Assembly (NCBI GenBank): GCA_015231405.1 | Contig: JADGBR010000001.1 | Location: 5,859 to 69,858 of the forward strand | Source of the DNA: Candidatus Omnitrophota bacterium | Lineage (GTDB): Bacteria; Omnitrophota; Gorgyraeia; Tantalellales; Tantalellaceae | Direction of reading: 5' to 3' | Length of the DNA: 64,000 nt | Shown here: positions 19,090-32,033 of the stretch, in pieces | Numbering within the stretch: the first letter of the stretch is position 1 | Layout of the letters: the number at the start of each line of letters is the position of its first letter | Position numbers and translations under genes: made by a program | Notes under the pieces: generated by a model | Seen by the model: the letters and a program-made list of their open reading frames with translations, nothing else | Databases searched by the model: none | What the model was told of the DNA's origin: nothing

Positions 19090-22000
19090 ATGATAAGAAG
19101 ACCTAATAAGTTCGATCTCGTTAAGATACAGCTGGCCTCACCTGATGTTATCGCCGGATGGGCGACCAGAAGGATAGGTAATAAGAACGTCCTCTTTGAG
19201 GTCAGGAAGCCCGAGACCATTAATTACAGGACCCTGAAGCCGGAAAGGGACGGACTTTTCTGCGAAAGGATATTCGGCCCCACAAAAGATTTTGAGTGTA
19301 ATTGCGGCAAGTACAAGAGGATAAAACATAAGGGGATAGTCTGCGACCGGTGCGGCGTCGAAGTCACGAAATCGAGTGTCAGGCGCGAAAGAATGGGTTG
19401 CATCAAACTTGCGGCCCCGGTCTCTCATGTCTGGTTCTTTAAGGCTATCCCTTCCAGGATGTCGAATCTCCTGGATATGAAAATGCGTGACATGGAGAGG
19501 ATACTCTACTACGAGCAGTATGTCGTCACAGATGCGGGAGAGACCCCTTTTAAGGTTCAGCAGATGCTGACCGAGGAACAGTACGATTCTGCGAGGGAAA
19601 AATACGGCAACAAGTTCAAAGCAGGGATGGGCGCTGAGGCTATCCGCGACATACTTGCCGCCCTTGACCTTGAATCCATATCCGCCGATCTCAAGGAGCA
19701 GATGGAAAAGAAACGGGATATCAACTCCCAGAAACGTATCACAAAAAGGTTGAAGATAGTGGAGAGTTTCAGGAAAAGCGGGAACGATCCAGCGTGGATG
19801 GTACTTGATATAATACCGGTTATACCGCCTGACCTCCGTCCTCTGGTGCCTCTTGACGGAGGAAGGTTCGCGACAAGCGACCTTAACGACCTGTACCGCA
19901 GGGTCATCAACAGGAATAACCGTTTGAAAAAACTGCTGGAGCTGAAAGCCCCGGAGGTCATAGTTCGCAACGAGAAACGGATGCTCCAGGAAGCGGTTGA
20001 CGCCCTTTTTGATAATGGCCGTCACGGGCGCGAGGTGCTCGGGTCCGGAGGAAGGCCGTTAAAATCGCTTGCCGATATGCTTAAGGGAAAACAGGGGCGT
20101 TTCAGGCAGAACCTTCTTGGAAAAAGGGTGGATTATTCGGGAAGAAGCGTTATCGTTATAGGCCCTGAATTGAAACTCCATGAATGCGGACTTCCTAAGG
20201 TCATGGCTCTGGAGCTTTTCCAGCCCTTCATTATCCGTAAACTCCGTGAAAAGGGTTTCGTTCATACCATTAAGAGCGCTAAAAAAATGGTACAACAGGA
20301 AAATCCGGAGGTTTGGGATATCCTTGATGAGGTCATCCAGGACCATCACGTCCTGCTCAACAGGGCGCCAACGCTTCACAGGTTGGGTATCCAGGCATTC
20401 CAGCCGCGGCTTATAGAAGGTAAGGCTATCCGTATACATCCTCTCGTTTGCGCTGCTTTTAACGCGGACTTCGACGGCGACCAGATGGCCGTGCATGTGC
20501 CTTTATCGTTCGAGTCCCAGATGGAAGCTAGACTAATAATGAACGCGGCCAATAATATTTTCAGCGCTTCCAACGGCCGGCCTATCGCGACCCCGTCACA
20601 GGATATAGTGCTCGGGCTTTATTATCTGACGAAAATGAAGATAGGCGCCATGGGAGAAGGTATCATGTTTGCCGACCTTCCGGAAGTTATCATGGCTTTC
20701 CAGGACAAACAGGTAGAGAAACACGCAAAGATCAAAGTAAGGGTTAAAGGCGAGATCATAGAGACTACAGTTGGAAGGGTGATCTTCAATGACATACTTC
20801 CCGAAGGAATGGATTTTTATAACGAGAATATGTCCAAAGGTGCTATAAGCAGGGTCATATCAGACTGTTACAGGCTGAAAGGCCATATGATAACCGTGGA
20901 TCTGCTCGATAAACTGAAATCGCTTGGATTTGAGGAATCTACACTTTCCGGAGCGTCAATGTCCGTAGGCGATGTGTGCGTGCCTGAGGAGAAAAAGGAA
21001 AGGGTCAAGAAGGCCCAGCAGGAAGTTGATAAGATACAGGCACAGTACCAGAGAGGTCTGATAACGGAAGGCGAACGTTACAACAAGATCATAGATATCT
21101 GGACGCATGTTACGGAAGACATTTCTAACCTGGTTTTCAGACATCTTGACGCATTCAACCCGGTATTTATGATGGCGGATTCCGGCGCCAGGGGATCCAG
21201 GCAGCAGATACGTCAGCTTGCCGGCATGAGGGGTCTCATGGCCAAGCCTTCGGGAGCCATTATCGAGACGCCGATCATCGCTAACTTCCGTGAAGGTCTT
21301 ACGGTTCTGGAGTATTTCATATCGTCTCACGGAGCCCGTAAAGGTCTTGCCGATACGGCGCTTAAGACGGCCGATTCAGGTTATCTGACAAGGCGTCTTG
21401 TGGATGTCGCCCAGGAAGTGATAATCAACGAGGATGATTGCGGAACATTGAACGGTATAACCGCCGAAGCCATAGTCGAGGGCGATGAAATGGTAATAAC
21501 CCTCGAGGAGCGCATAGTCGGGAGAGTCGCGCTGGATAACGTGGTCGATATTATTACGGACGAGGTAATTCTCAAAGCCGGTGACGTCATTGACCACATT
21601 ACGGCGAAGAAGGTCATGGCAACCGGACTCGAAAAAATAAGGATAAGAAGCGTACTGACATGCGAGTCCGAGAAGGGAGTTTGCTCGAAATGTTACGGCA
21701 GAAACCTTGCGTCCGGTAAACTTGCCGAGCTCGGTGAGGCCGTCGGGGTCGTGGCGGCGCAGTCCATAGGCGAACCCGGTACTCAGCTTACCATGAGGAC
21801 TTTTCATATAGGTGGTACTGCCTCGAGGATAGTCGAACAGTCCTTCTATAAAACGAAAGAGGACGGGTTCATGAAATTCCATAACCTCAAGACGGTCGAG
21901 GTTGAGCCCGGTAAAATAGTTGTCCTCAACAGGAATGGGCAGATAAGCATCAATGAGGAGGACGGTCGCGAGATCGAAAGACAGGCGATACCCCAGGGTT

Positions 22001-23142
22001 CCACGATTTTCTTCAAGGATGGGGAGATCGTAAAGAAAGGCAATAAATACGCGGAATGGGAACCTTATACCGTACCTATATTGACGGAGCATCCCGGAAA
22101 GGTCCAGTATGAGGACATTAAGGATAACGTGACCGTGAAGATAGAAAGGGATGAGGCTACGGGCCTTTCCAGTTTCGTTGTAGTGAGCACGAAAGAGGAC
22201 CTCCACCCGCAGCTTCTTCTGACTACCCTTGACGGAGATGTAGAGGCGATATATCCTCTTCCCGTCGGAGCGCATATCGTGGTAAAGGACAACCAGACAG
22301 TCAGGGCCGGCGAGATACTTGCGAAGACACCGCGCGTTATGACCAAGACGAAGGATATAACCGGTGGTCTTCCTCGTGTCGCGGAACTCTTCGAAGCAAG
22401 GAAGCCCAAAGACCCGTCTATAATCAGCGAGATCGACGGTCATGTCGAGTTCGGTGAGACCAAGAAAGGCCAGAAACGCATAGTCATTGAGAGCGAGACC
22501 GGGATGAAAAAAGAATACATAATTCCTCACGGAAAACATCTCAACGTCTATAGAGGAGATTCCGTAAAGTCAGGAGAGCAGCTTGTGGACGGTCCGGTTG
22601 TTTTACAGGATATTCTCAGAGTGTCCGGAGAGCAACAACTCCAGAATTATCTCGTTAACGAGGTTCAGCAGGTTTACAGGCTTCAGGGCGTGCATATTAA
22701 TGACAAGCACATAGAGGTAATTGTCCGCCAGATGCTTAAGAACGTGCGCATAACCGTTCCGGGAGATTCGGAATTCCTTCTCGGGGATAAAGTCGATAAA
22801 TGCATTTTTAGAAGGGCCAACAGGGAACTTATAAAGAAAAAGAAAAGGCCCGCTCAGGCCGAACCTATTCTGCAAGGCATAACTAAAGCTTCTTTGACGA
22901 CGGAAAGTTTTATTTCCGCCGCTAGTTTCCAGGAAACGACACGCGTTTTGACGGAAGCGGCTACAATGGGCAAGGTGGATTATCTTGTAGGTCTCAAGGA
23001 AAATATCATAATGGGGCATCTTATCCCGGCAGGTACCGGGTTTGAGTGTCACAGGGATATAAACATCGACAGGGAAATATTGATGGATATCCAGAAAGAA
23101 AAAGAAAAAGAAAAGATCCCCAAAGAAATTGAAACTGAATAA
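19090..23142 (+). CDS. rpoC: RNA polymerase beta' subunit
   Basis: NADFDGD catalytic motif; zinc-finger cysteines. Confidence 0.99.
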   Translation: MIRRPNKFDLVKIQLASPDVIAGWATRRIGNKNVLFEVRKPETINYRTLKPERDGLFCERIFGPTKDFECNCGKYKRIKHKGIVCDRCGVEVTKSSVRRERMGCIKLAAPVSHVWFFKAIPSRMSNLLDMKMRDMERILYYEQYVVTDAGETPFKVQQMLTEEQYDSAREKYGNKFKAGMGAEAIRDILAALDLESISADLKEQMEKKRDINSQKRITKRLKIVESFRKSGNDPAWMVLDIIPVIPPDLRPLVPLDGGRFATSDLNDLYRRVINRNNRLKKLLELKAPEVIVRNEKRMLQEAVDALFDNGRHGREVLGSGGRPLKSLADMLKGKQGRFRQNLLGKRVDYSGRSVIVIGPELKLHECGLPKVMALELFQPFIIRKLREKGFVHTIKSAKKMVQQENPEVWDILDEVIQDHHVLLNRAPTLHRLGIQAFQPRLIEGKAIRIHPLVCAAFNADFDGDQMAVHVPLSFESQMEARLIMNAANNIFSASNGRPIATPSQDIVLGLYYLTKMKIGAMGEGIMFADLPEVIMAFQDKQVEKHAKIKVRVKGEIIETTVGRVIFNDILPEGMDFYNENMSKGAISRVISDCYRLKGHMITVDLLDKLKSLGFEESTLSGASMSVGDVCVPEEKKERVKKAQQEVDKIQAQYQRGLITEGERYNKIIDIWTHVTEDISNLVFRHLDAFNPVFMMADSGARGSRQQIRQLAGMRGLMAKPSGAIIETPIIANFREGLTVLEYFISSHGARKGLADTALKTADSGYLTRRLVDVAQEVIINEDDCGTLNGITAEAIVEGDEMVITLEERIVGRVALDNVVDIITDEVILKAGDVIDHITAKKVMATGLEKIRIRSVLTCESEKGVCSKCYGRNLASGKLAELGEAVGVVAAQSIGEPGTQLTMRTFHIGGTASRIVEQSFYKTKEDGFMKFHNLKTVEVEPGKIVVLNRNGQISINEEDGREIERQAIPQGSTIFFKDGEIVKKGNKYAEWEPYTVPILTEHPGKVQYEDIKDNVTVKIERDEATGLSSFVVVSTKEDLHPQLLLTTLDGDVEAIYPLPVGAHIVVKDNQTVRAGEILAKTPRVMTKTKDITGGLPRVAELFEARKPKDPSIISEIDGHVEFGETKKGQKRIVIESETGMKKEYIIPHGKHLNVYRGDSVKSGEQLVDGPVVLQDILRVSGEQQLQNYLVNEVQQVYRLQGVHINDKHIEVIVRQMLKNVRITVPGDSEFLLGDKVDKCIFRRANRELIKKKKRPAQAEPILQGITKASLTTESFISAASFQETTRVLTEAATMGKVDYLVGLKENIIMGHLIPAGTGFECHRDINIDREILMDIQKEKEKEKIPKEIETE

Positions 23143-23165
23143 GACAAAAAAGGAAGAAGTGAAAT

Positions 23166-23543
23166 ATGCCTACGATCAATCAGCTTATCAGGAAAGGTAG
23201 AAAGCAGGTAAAATGGAAAAGCAAGTCGCCCGCGCTGATGTCCTGCCCCCAGAGAAGGGGTGTTTGTCTCCAGGTCAGGACGAGGACGCCAAAGAAGCCG
23301 AACTCGGCGCTCAGAAAGGTAGCGAGGGTAAGGCTCACCAACAGGATGGAAGTAACGGCATATATACCGGGTGAAGGGCACAACCTGCAGGAACATTCCA
23401 TTGTTACGATAAGAGGCGGAAGGGTCAAGGACCTTCCGGGCGTACGCTATCATATTATCAGGGGAACTCTTGACGCCTCAGGCGTCGAGGCAAGAAGACA
23501 GGGCAGATCCAAATACGGTGCGAAGAGGCCGAAAAAACAATAA
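23166..23543 (+). CDS. rpsL: 30S ribosomal protein S12
   Basis: [17 protein letters not shown]. Confidence 0.99.
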   Translation: MPTINQLIRKGRKQVKWKSKSPALMSCPQRRGVCLQVRTRTPKKPNSALRKVARVRLTNRMEVTAYIPGEGHNLQEHSIVTIRGGRVKDLPGVRYHIIRGTLDASGVEARRQGRSKYGAKRPKKQ

Positions 23544-23562
23544 CGAAAGGTAAGGGAGCATA

Positions 23563-24033
23563 ATGAGAAGACGACAAGCCGAAAAAAGGGAACCATTACC
23601 AGATCCTAAATACAGGAGCAAGCTGCTCGGGAAATTTATTAACATGGTAATGCTCCAGGGGAAAAAATCAACCGCGGAACATATAGTATACGGCGCCCTT
23701 GACGCCATAAAGGAAAAGGTCAAGGACAAGGATCCCCTAGAGGTCCTGACAGCCGCTATTGAGAATGTTCGGCCTCTTGTAGAGGTTAAATCAAGAAGGA
23801 TAGGCGGCGCGACTTATCAGGTTCCAGTGGAAGTTAAACAGGATCGCGGTAGGTTCATAGCCATGAGGTGGATAAGGGATTTTGCGAGGACACAGAAAGG
23901 CAAGGCTATGGGTGAGAAGCTGGCCTTTGAACTTTTGTCCGCCTATAATAAGGAAGGCGCCGCTGTGAAAAAACGTGAAGATACTCACAAAATGGCCGAG
24001 GCTAATAAGGCTTTCGCGCATTACAGGTGGTAA
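23563..24033 (+). CDS. rpsG: 30S ribosomal protein S7
   Basis: [20 protein letters not shown]. Confidence 0.99.
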   Translation: MRRRQAEKREPLPDPKYRSKLLGKFINMVMLQGKKSTAEHIVYGALDAIKEKVKDKDPLEVLTAAIENVRPLVEVKSRRIGGATYQVPVEVKQDRGRFIAMRWIRDFARTQKGKAMGEKLAFELLSAYNKEGAAVKKREDTHKMAEANKAFAHYRW

Positions 24034-24053
24034 CACCATAGAAAAGAGGAAAA

Positions 24054-26123
24054 ATGGAAGATATTAAAAATCTAAGAAATATTGGGATCATAGCTCACAT
24101 TGACGCCGGTAAAACGACTTGTACGGAAAGGATCCTATTTTATACGGGAAAAACCTACAAGCTTGGCGAGGTGCATGACGGTACGGCTGTCATGGACTGG
24201 ATGGCGCAGGAACAGGAAAGAGGTATTACCATTACAAGCGCGGTTACGACATGTAACTGGAAAGACAAGAAGATCAACATTATAGATACGCCCGGTCATG
24301 TCGATTTTACGATCGAGGTCGAGCGTTCTCTTAAAGTTCTCGACGGTGCCCTGGTCGTCTTCTGCGCGGTAGGCGGTGTTCAGCCGCAGACTGAGACCGT
24401 TTGGCGGCAGGCTGATCATTATGAGGTCCCTAAAATAGCTTTTGTCAATAAAATGGACAGGGTAGGCGCCGATTTCTTCAAAACGCTCATCGATATGCAC
24501 AAAAAACTCGGCGCTAACGCAACTCCTATACAGATCCCTATCGGGAGTGAGGATAAATTTATCGGCGTTATAGATCTCGTTGAATTCAAGGCTTATTTTT
24601 TTGATGAAGACGGGGACCTCGGAAAATTCCTTCCGAAAGAAATTCCCGCTGACATGCTGGAAGTCGCCACTCATTGGAGGCATAACCTGGTCGAAAAGAT
24701 CGCCGATGTTGATCCCGAAGTTGAAGATCTTTATCTTCACGACGCTAAGATCGAGGCCGAAGATCTGAAACGCTATATCCGGAGGGTCACCTGCAAGAAT
24801 CTTTTTGTGCCAGTTTTCTGCGGCGCAGCCCTTAAGAATAAAGGCGTTAAGCCCGCGCTCGACGCCGTGTGCGAATATCTCCCTTCGCCTCTTGACGTCA
24901 AACCTCCGAAAGCGAGGCATCCCGAAACAGAGCAGGAGATCGACATCACTCCTGATCCGAAAAAACCACTTTGCGCGTACGCGTATAAAATAATGACGGA
25001 TCCGTTCGTCGGGACGATAACCTTTACCAGGATATATTCGGGATCCATGAAGTCCGGGACTTATGTTCATAATACGACATCCGACAAAAAGGAAAGGCTG
25101 GCACAGATACTTAGGATGCACGCGGATCAGAAGGAAATAATCAGTGATGCCGAGGCCGGTATGATAGTCGGTTTGGTAGGGCTAAAACATACAACGACAG
25201 GACACACTTTATGCGATCCCGCGCATCCTGTGGCGTTAGACAGAATAAAATATCCAGAACCTGTTATATCGATGTCGATCGAGCCGGAGACAAGGGCGGA
25301 TCAGGACAAAATGGGGATGGGGCTCAGAAAACTCGAGAGTGAAGATCCTACATTTAAGGTCAAGTATGACAATGAAACCGGTGAAAATATTATAAGTGGG
25401 ATGGGCGAACTTCATCTTGAAATAATTTTGGACCGGCTTAAGAGAGAGTTCAATGTTAAGTCAAAAGTAGGAAGCCCTCAGGTCGCTTATCGTGAAACTA
25501 TAACGCAGTCTGTTTCGTCAACCGGGAAATTCATACAACAATCCGGCGGAAGAGGTCAGTATGGGCATGTAGAGCTCAGGCTTGAACCCGGAGAAAAAGG
25601 CCTGGGTATAGTTTTCGAGAACGAGATAAAAGGCGGCGCTATCCCGAGAGAATATTTCAAGCCCATCGAGGCCGGAATAAGACAAGCCGCTGCGACAGGC
25701 GTGGTTGCAGGGTTTCCGGTTACCGATGTCAAAATAACGTTGTATGACGGATCTTTCCATGAAGTTGATTCTTCGGAACTAGCGTTCTCTAACGCGTCAA
25801 GTATAGGATTTAAACAGGGAGTGCAGAAAGCGAAGCCGATACTTCTGGAGCCCATCATGAAACTTGAAGTGACAACCCCGGACGATTATCTTGGGGATGT
25901 CATCGGTGATATGAATTCGAGAAGGATAAAGATCGAAAGCATAGATCAAAAGGGAACGACAAAGATAGTCGTAGGCGCCGCTCCACTCGCGCAGATGTTC
26001 GGGTACGCGACCGCATTAAGGAGCTTGACACAAGGACGCGCAACATATACAATGGAACCTTCTTATTACAAAGAAGTTCCCAGGGATATCATACAGAAGG
26101 TTTTTCCCGATATATATCAGTAA
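24054..26123 (+). CDS. fusA: Elongation factor G
   Basis: [24 protein letters not shown]. Confidence 0.99.
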   Translation: MEDIKNLRNIGIIAHIDAGKTTCTERILFYTGKTYKLGEVHDGTAVMDWMAQEQERGITITSAVTTCNWKDKKINIIDTPGHVDFTIEVERSLKVLDGALVVFCAVGGVQPQTETVWRQADHYEVPKIAFVNKMDRVGADFFKTLIDMHKKLGANATPIQIPIGSEDKFIGVIDLVEFKAYFFDEDGDLGKFLPKEIPADMLEVATHWRHNLVEKIADVDPEVEDLYLHDAKIEAEDLKRYIRRVTCKNLFVPVFCGAALKNKGVKPALDAVCEYLPSPLDVKPPKARHPETEQEIDITPDPKKPLCAYAYKIMTDPFVGTITFTRIYSGSMKSGTYVHNTTSDKKERLAQILRMHADQKEIISDAEAGMIVGLVGLKHTTTGHTLCDPAHPVALDRIKYPEPVISMSIEPETRADQDKMGMGLRKLESEDPTFKVKYDNETGENIISGMGELHLEIILDRLKREFNVKSKVGSPQVAYRETITQSVSSTGKFIQQSGGRGQYGHVELRLEPGEKGLGIVFENEIKGGAIPREYFKPIEAGIRQAAATGVVAGFPVTDVKITLYDGSFHEVDSSELAFSNASSIGFKQGVQKAKPILLEPIMKLEVTTPDDYLGDVIGDMNSRRIKIESIDQKGTTKIVVGAAPLAQMFGYATALRSLTQGRATYTMEPSYYKEVPRDIIQKVFPDIYQ

Positions 26124-26143
26124 AAACCCAAGGAGGACTTGTT

Positions 26144-27340
26144 ATGGCAAAAGCGAAATTTGAAAGAAATAAACCGCATATGAACATAGGGACGATCGGA
26201 CATGTTGACCATGGGAAGACATCGCTGACATCCGTGATAACTATGTATCTCGCCAATAAAGGCATGGCGGAAAGAAGGAACTATGACACGATCGACAAGG
26301 CTCCGGAAGAAAGGGAAAGAGGCATAACGATCGCGGTCGCGCATGTTGAGTATGAGACCGTGAAAAGGCATTATGCGCACATAGATTGTCCGGGTCACGC
26401 TGACTACATCAAGAACATGATAACGGGCGCGGCGCAGATGGACGGGGCTATACTGGTAGTGTCGGCCGCGGACGGTCCGATGCCGCAGACGAGGGAGCAC
26501 ATACTTCTTGCCAGGCAGGTCAACGTGCCTGCGATAGTCGTGTGTATGAATAAAGTGGACCAGGTAGACGATCCGGAGCTTTTGGACCTTGTGGAGCTTG
26601 AGGTGAGGGAACTGTTGAATAAGTACGGTTTCCCCGGCGACACGACTCCGATAATAAAGGGAAGCGCGCTAAAGGCGCTTGAGGTTGAAGGAGCGGTCGA
26701 CAGCCCGCACTGCAAATTCATCCAGGAGCTGATGGACGCGTGCGACGCGTTCATACCGCAGCCGGTCCGTGAAATAGAGAAGCCGTTCCTGATGCCGATA
26801 GAGGACATATTCAGCATAACGGGAAGAGGCACCGTCGCCACCGGCAGGATCGAGAGGGGCCAGGTTAAGGTCGGCGAGGAAATAGAGATAGTAGGAATAA
26901 AGGACACGGTCAAGTCGGTAGTCACGGGAGTCGAGATGTTCAGGAAGATACTTGACTCGGGTCAGGCCGGAGATAATGTCGGGATACTTTTAAGGGGTAT
27001 AGATAAGACGAACCTGGTAAGAGGGCAGGTATTAGCCGCGCCGGGTTCGATAAAGCCGCACAAGAGGTTCAAGGCGTCGATATACATACTGTCGAAAGAG
27101 GAAGGCGGAAGACATACGCCGTTCTTCGCGGGATACAGGCCGCAGTTCTACATAAGGACGACGGACGTGACGGGTATGACGAAGCTGCCCGCGGGCGTGG
27201 AGATGGTAATGCCGGGCGACAACATAGCGCTCGAGATAGAGTTGATAACTCCCGTCGCGCTCGAGAAAGAGCTGAGGTTCGCGATAAGGGAAGGCGGTCA
27301 TACGGTAGGGGCCGGAGTTATATCGGAGATTTTGGAATAA
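26144..27340 (+). CDS. tuf: Elongation factor Tu (copy 2)
   Basis: Protein identical to copy 1. Confidence 0.99.
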   Translation: MAKAKFERNKPHMNIGTIGHVDHGKTSLTSVITMYLANKGMAERRNYDTIDKAPEERERGITIAVAHVEYETVKRHYAHIDCPGHADYIKNMITGAAQMDGAILVVSAADGPMPQTREHILLARQVNVPAIVVCMNKVDQVDDPELLDLVELEVRELLNKYGFPGDTTPIIKGSALKALEVEGAVDSPHCKFIQELMDACDAFIPQPVREIEKPFLMPIEDIFSITGRGTVATGRIERGQVKVGEEIEIVGIKDTVKSVVTGVEMFRKILDSGQAGDNVGILLRGIDKTNLVRGQVLAAPGSIKPHKRFKASIYILSKEEGGRHTPFFAGYRPQFYIRTTDVTGMTKLPAGVEMVMPGDNIALEIELITPVALEKELRFAIREGGHTVGAGVISEILE

Positions 27341-27381
27341 GCTCTCAGCCATCAGCTGAAAGCTGTTAGCTGTTAGCTAAA
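27340..27381. repeat. Heptamer array AGCTNNN x6
   Basis: agctctc agccatc agctgaa agctgtt agctgtt agctaaa. Confidence 0.8.
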
Positions 27382-27395
27382 CAGGAGTAAAAGTA

Positions 27396-27713
27396 ATGGT
27401 AAAAAAGAAGCAGTCGGAAAAAATAAGATTAAAATTAAAATCGTTCGATCACGAGCTGTTGGATGTTTCAATGGCGGAGATCGTTGACACCGTCAAAAAG
27501 ACCGGCGCGACGATAGTCGGGCCGATACCTTTACCTACTAAGCATGAAATATTTACGGTGTTAAGGTCGCCGCATGTGGATAAAAAATCCAGGGAACAGT
27601 TCGAGCTCAAAACGCACAAAAGAATGTTGGATATACTTGAACCGACCGTTAAAACTATAGACTCCTTACGTAAATTGGATCTTCCGGCCGGCGTTGACGT
27701 GGAAATAAAGTAG
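27396..27713 (+). CDS. rpsJ: 30S ribosomal protein S10
   Basis: [20 protein letters not shown]. Confidence 0.98.
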   Translation: MVKKKQSEKIRLKLKSFDHELLDVSMAEIVDTVKKTGATIVGPIPLPTKHEIFTVLRSPHVDKKSREQFELKTHKRMLDILEPTVKTIDSLRKLDLPAGVDVEIK

Positions 27714-27721
27714 AGGATAAA

Positions 27722-28423
27722 ATGATTAAGGGATTGATCGGTAAAAAACTTGGAATGACGCAGATATTCACGGAATCAGGCGATAGTGTACCGGTTACGG
27801 TCATCGAGGTAGGTCCTTGCGTTGTACAAGCCGTCAGAGACAAGGAAAAGAACGGATATCTTGCCGTTCAGCTCGGGTTTATGGATGTCAAAGAGAAAAA
27901 GCTACGGAAGCCTCAAAGGGACGAGATCAAAGCGAAAGGTCTTCCTGCCAAAAGGCATGTCAGGGAAATAAGGTGCGATGTGCTTCCGGATATAAAGATC
28001 GGAGATAAGCTGACCGTTTCGATGTTCCAGGAAGGTGATTATATCGATGTACAGGGCATTTCAAAGGGAAAGGGTTACCAGGGTGGTATGAAACGCTGCG
28101 GATGGCTAGGTGGCTGTGAAACTCACGGTTCGATGTCGCACAGGGCACCGGGTTCGGTGGGCGCGAGTTCTTTCCCTTCGAAAGTTGACAGAGGCCACGG
28201 CGGCGCCGGACATATGGGAAGCGATAAAAAAACAATTCAAAATTTAAAGGTAATTAAAGTTGACACGGATCAGGATACGCTCCTGGTCAAGGGTTCCATT
28301 CCGGGATCTAATGGCACGGTGCTTGTGATCAAGTTCGCTAAAAAGAAAAAGTTAGCGCCGCGCGCGGTAAAAGCGGAAGTTAAGGAAAAAGAAGAAGGGA
28401 ACGACAAAGAAGGAAAAGCGTAA
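27722..28423 (+). CDS. rplC: 50S ribosomal protein L3
   Basis: GKKLGMTQIF, SKGKGYQG. Confidence 0.98.
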   Translation: MIKGLIGKKLGMTQIFTESGDSVPVTVIEVGPCVVQAVRDKEKNGYLAVQLGFMDVKEKKLRKPQRDEIKAKGLPAKRHVREIRCDVLPDIKIGDKLTVSMFQEGDYIDVQGISKGKGYQGGMKRCGWLGGCETHGSMSHRAPGSVGASSFPSKVDRGHGGAGHMGSDKKTIQNLKVIKVDTDQDTLLVKGSIPGSNGTVLVIKFAKKKKLAPRAVKAEVKEKEEGNDKEGKA

Positions 28424-28428
28424 TAATA

Positions 28429-29064
28429 ATGGAAGCGACTAAAACCAGATTATCCGTTTATGACCTTAAAGGTAAAGTAGTTGATTCGATCGAGCTTGAC
28501 GGTACACTCTTTGACGGTACGGTCAACAAGACACTGCTTTACGAGGTCGTTAAGATGTACCAGGCCAATGTCAGGCGTGGAACTCATTCTTCACTCACCA
28601 GGGCCGAGGTTGCCGGAGGCGGAGTAAAGCCGTGGCGGCAGAAAGGCACGGGAAGGGCGAGGGTCGGTTCCACCAGAAACCCGGTATGGCGTCATGGCGG
28701 TATCACTTTTGGACCTAAACCGCGTGATTATGAGTATACGATGCCGAAAAAGGCAATGAGAAAAGCTCTTTTGTCAAGCTTGAACGCGAGGCTTTCGGAA
28801 GAAATGATCATGCCGGTGGTAAAAGTTCAGCTCAAAGAAGCCAAGACCAAAGAAATGAAGCAGGTGCTTAACAATCTTAAGTTGACCGGTAAGACCCTAT
28901 TGGTAGTTGATGTTGTGGATGAGAACGTAAGGCGGGCGGCTCATAACCTTCAGGACCTTACGATGAAGGAAGGGCGTAATATCAACGCGAGGGATGTTCT
29001 TGTGAACGAACATATCCTTATAGAAAAAGAAGCGTTGGAAAAACTTGCGGAAAGGGTAAAATGA
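28429..29064 (+). CDS. rplD: 50S ribosomal protein L4
   Basis: KPWRQKGTGRAR. Confidence 0.98.
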   Translation: MEATKTRLSVYDLKGKVVDSIELDGTLFDGTVNKTLLYEVVKMYQANVRRGTHSSLTRAEVAGGGVKPWRQKGTGRARVGSTRNPVWRHGGITFGPKPRDYEYTMPKKAMRKALLSSLNARLSEEMIMPVVKVQLKEAKTKEMKQVLNNLKLTGKTLLVVDVVDENVRRAAHNLQDLTMKEGRNINARDVLVNEHILIEKEALEKLAERVK

Positions 29065-29339
29065 GAACAGCACAAAACATAATAATTAATTTGATCCGCA
29101 CCGAAAAAGGGTCGAACATGCTCGTTTTCAACAAATATTATTTTAAAGTTGATAAACGGTCAAATAAGATAGAGATACGGAACGCGGTCGAAGACCTTTA
29201 CAAGGTAAAGGTAAAGTCTGTCAATGTGATCACAATGAGGGGAAAAAAACGCAGGGTCAGGTTACATCAGGGCATGACTCCCACATGGAAGAAGGCCATT
29301 GTAACACTCTCTCCCGGAAGCAAGATCGAGGTAACTTAA
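29061..29339 (+). CDS. rplW: 50S ribosomal protein L23
   Basis: TEK, WKKAIVTL; operon position. Confidence 0.96.
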   Translation: MRTAQNIIINLIRTEKGSNMLVFNKYYFKVDKRSNKIEIRNAVEDLYKVKVKSVNVITMRGKKRRVRLHQGMTPTWKKAIVTLSPGSKIEVT

Positions 29340-29340
29340 A

Positions 29341-30165
29341 ATGGGTATTAAAAAATGTAAGCCGTTTACCGATGGTAGTAGATTTCACGAGAAATTGACC
29401 TACGAAGATATAACCAAGACAAAGCCCGAAAAGAGCCTTGTTATGTATATCAAGAAGACCGGAGGTCGTAATTTTTATGGTCGAATTACCTGTAGGGGCA
29501 AGGGCGGCGGGCATAAACGTCTTTACCGCATAATCGATTTTAATTACTCTAAAAAAGGCACTAACGGTCTTGTCGAGGCGATAGAGTACGATCCCAACAG
29601 GTCAGCTAACATAGCCCTTGTAAAGTATGATGACGGAGAGAAAAAATATCTTATTGCTCCGCAGGGAATAAAACCCGGAAGTGTTATTCAAAGTGGACCC
29701 GAAGTTAAGATCGAGATAGGCAATTCCACGGAACTTCGGAATATACCGTTAGGTACTGCGGTTTCATGTATTGAACTCAATCCCGGCAGGGGAGCTCAGA
29801 TAGCGCGTTCAGCCGGGATGGAGGGGATAGTCGCCGCTAAAGACGCGGGGAACGTTCATCTTAGGATGCCCAGCGGTGAAATACGGCTGGTCAAAGATAA
29901 TTGTTATGCGACTATCGGTAAAGTTGGGAATTTGGACCATGAGAAAGTATCCCTTGGAAAAGCGGGAAGATCCAGATATCTCGGCATACGCCCGAAATCA
30001 AGAGCTGTTGCGAAGAACCCGGTAGACCATCCGATGGGCGGAGGCGAAGGGAAGTCTTCCGGAGGAAGGCATCCGACCACTCCATGGGGAAAGATCACCA
30101 AAGGTTTGAAGACCAGAAAACAAAAGAAATCTTCTACTTTCAAAATAATTAAACGGAGGAAGTGA
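29341..30165 (+). CDS. rplB: 50S ribosomal protein L2
   Basis: IEYDPNRSA, NPVDHPMGGGEG. Confidence 0.98.
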   Translation: MGIKKCKPFTDGSRFHEKLTYEDITKTKPEKSLVMYIKKTGGRNFYGRITCRGKGGGHKRLYRIIDFNYSKKGTNGLVEAIEYDPNRSANIALVKYDDGEKKYLIAPQGIKPGSVIQSGPEVKIEIGNSTELRNIPLGTAVSCIELNPGRGAQIARSAGMEGIVAAKDAGNVHLRMPSGEIRLVKDNCYATIGKVGNLDHEKVSLGKAGRSRYLGIRPKSRAVAKNPVDHPMGGGEGKSSGGRHPTTPWGKITKGLKTRKQKKSSTFKIIKRRK

Positions 30166-30168
30166 TAA

Positions 30169-30453
30169 ATGTCAAGGTCGGTAAAAAAAGGCCCGTTCGT
30201 CGATAAGAACCTTATGGAAAAGATCATGAAGCTTAACGAGAAAGGTTCGAAGAAGCCTATTAAAACTTGGTCTAGAAGGTCAACGGTCCTTCCTGATTTC
30301 GTTGGGTTGACGATTATGATCCACGACGGCAAAAAATTCCATTCCGTTTTTATAACTGAGAATATGGTAGGTCATAAACTCGGCGAATTCGCGCCTACCA
30401 GGGTTTTCAGAGCTCACGGAAACGCGACGAAGATATCACTTGAGAAAACTTAG
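30169..30453 (+). CDS. rpsS: 30S ribosomal protein S19
   Basis: [19 protein letters not shown]. Confidence 0.98.
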   Translation: MSRSVKKGPFVDKNLMEKIMKLNEKGSKKPIKTWSRRSTVLPDFVGLTIMIHDGKKFHSVFITENMVGHKLGEFAPTRVFRAHGNATKISLEKT

Positions 30454-30468
30454 TAACTAGGAGAAAAA

Positions 30469-30927
30469 ATGCTCGCTACATCAACAGCAAAAGCGAAATG
30501 GGTCAGGATATCGTGGCGCAAGGTAGGGTTGGTACTTGCGCTTATAAAAGGAAAAACGGTAGATAAAGCTAACGCGATACTTGAAGCTACGAATAAAAGA
30601 GCTACCGTGCCCGTCAGAAAGGTCATCATGTCGGCGTTCGCGAATATCAACCACGACCGGCAGGAAAAGCTTCTGGAAAAAGAGGTTGTTGTCAAAACCA
30701 TTAAGGCAGATGACGGCCCTATGTTAAAAAGGTATAGAGCCGCCACGATGGGAAGAGCAACGCCTATACGGCACAGAACCGCACATATTTCGGTTCAACT
30801 CGAGGCCGTTGAAAAGATCGAAAAAACTGAAAAAAACGAAAAAACTGAAAAAGCCGATAAGGCCGAAAATACCGTGAAAAAACCATTAAAAGCCGTAGGT
30901 ACAACAAAAAAATCGGAGAAAAAATAA
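30469..30927 (+). CDS. rplV: 50S ribosomal protein L22 with charged C-terminal tail
   Basis: GPMLKR...GRA..I.HRTAHI. Confidence 0.95.
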   Translation: MLATSTAKAKWVRISWRKVGLVLALIKGKTVDKANAILEATNKRATVPVRKVIMSAFANINHDRQEKLLEKEVVVKTIKADDGPMLKRYRAATMGRATPIRHRTAHISVQLEAVEKIEKTEKNEKTEKADKAENTVKKPLKAVGTTKKSEKK

Positions 30928-30928
30928 T

Positions 30929-31612
30929 ATGGGGCAGAAAGTTAATCCTATTAGTTTCAGGTTAGGCGCCACACAGGATTGGAAGTCAAGATGGTACGCG
31001 GATAAGTCAACGTTCGCGAAGAATATTCTTGAAGATTCCCTGATCCGTAAGGTCATTGAAAAAGAAATTACTACCGCTATGGTCTCACAGGTAGAGATCG
31101 AGAGGGCTTCTAAACGGACAAGGGTTGTGATCCACGCGGGAAGGCCCGGAATGATCATCGGCCGAGGAGGAACTCAGATCGAACTTTTGAGGGGGGCTAT
31201 CCAGGATATAATCGGCGATGAGAACAAACTTGTCATTGATATAAAGGAAGTTCCCAATACGGCTATGGATGCAAAATGCGTTGCGGATAATATAGCTCTG
31301 CAGCTCGTAAAAAGGATGCCTTTCAGGCGGGCCATGAAAAGGGCCATACAATCAGTTAAAGACGCGGGCGGTGAAGGGATAAAAATACGATGTGCGGGGC
31401 GCCTTGGAGGCGCGGAAATTGCGCGCGCTGAGAACTACAAGTTCGGAAAAATACCGCTTCAGACCATTAGGGCTGATATTGATTATGGTTTTACCGAAGC
31501 AAAGACCACATTCGGCCTGATCGGCATAAAGGTTTGGATATATAAGGGCGAAAAGTTCAACAGAGGAATCCGTTCTAAAAAAGAAACCGAAGAAAACAAG
31601 GTTAAGGGGTAA
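30929..31612 (+). CDS. rpsC: 30S ribosomal protein S3
   Basis: [17 protein letters not shown]. Confidence 0.98.
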   Translation: MGQKVNPISFRLGATQDWKSRWYADKSTFAKNILEDSLIRKVIEKEITTAMVSQVEIERASKRTRVVIHAGRPGMIIGRGGTQIELLRGAIQDIIGDENKLVIDIKEVPNTAMDAKCVADNIALQLVKRMPFRRAMKRAIQSVKDAGGEGIKIRCAGRLGGAEIARAENYKFGKIPLQTIRADIDYGFTEAKTTFGLIGIKVWIYKGEKFNRGIRSKKETEENKVKG

Positions 31613-31617
31613 GCGAC

Positions 31618-32031
31618 ATGGCTATGATGCCCAAAAGAGTGAAATACAGAAAGCAGCAGAAAGGCCGGAGGAAAGGGATGAGCCTTGCCGCCAGCACTAT
31701 TAATTTCGGTGAGTTCGCCCTTAAAGCCCTTGAAAGCGCATGGGTTACAGACAGGCAGATCGAGGCCGCGAGGGTCGCGATACAGAGGAAGACAGGAAGG
31801 ATCGGTAATTTATGGATAAGGATCTTCCCTGATAAACCTATAACACAAAGGCCCGCAGAGACCAGGATGGGAAAAGGGAAGGGTGCGCCGTCAGGCTGGG
31901 TGGCAAACGTACGGAAAGGAAGGATACTTTTCGAGCTTGAGGGAGTTCCTCTCAACATGGCAAGGGAAGCTTTTAGACTATCATCTCATAAACTTCCCAT
32001 ACAGACAAAATTTATAGTCAGGGGGGCATAA
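31618..32031 (+). CDS. rplP: 50S ribosomal protein L16
   Basis: [16 protein letters not shown]. Confidence 0.98.
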   Translation: MAMMPKRVKYRKQQKGRRKGMSLAASTINFGEFALKALESAWVTDRQIEAARVAIQRKTGRIGNLWIRIFPDKPITQRPAETRMGKGKGAPSGWVANVRKGRILFELEGVPLNMAREAFRLSSHKLPIQTKFIVRGA

Positions 32032-32033
32032 AA

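Noticed and set aside
19060-19090. Possible rpoB-rpoC fusion or readthrough
   Set aside because: There is a clean TAG, the two genes are in different frames, and rpoC has its own GAGG RBS.
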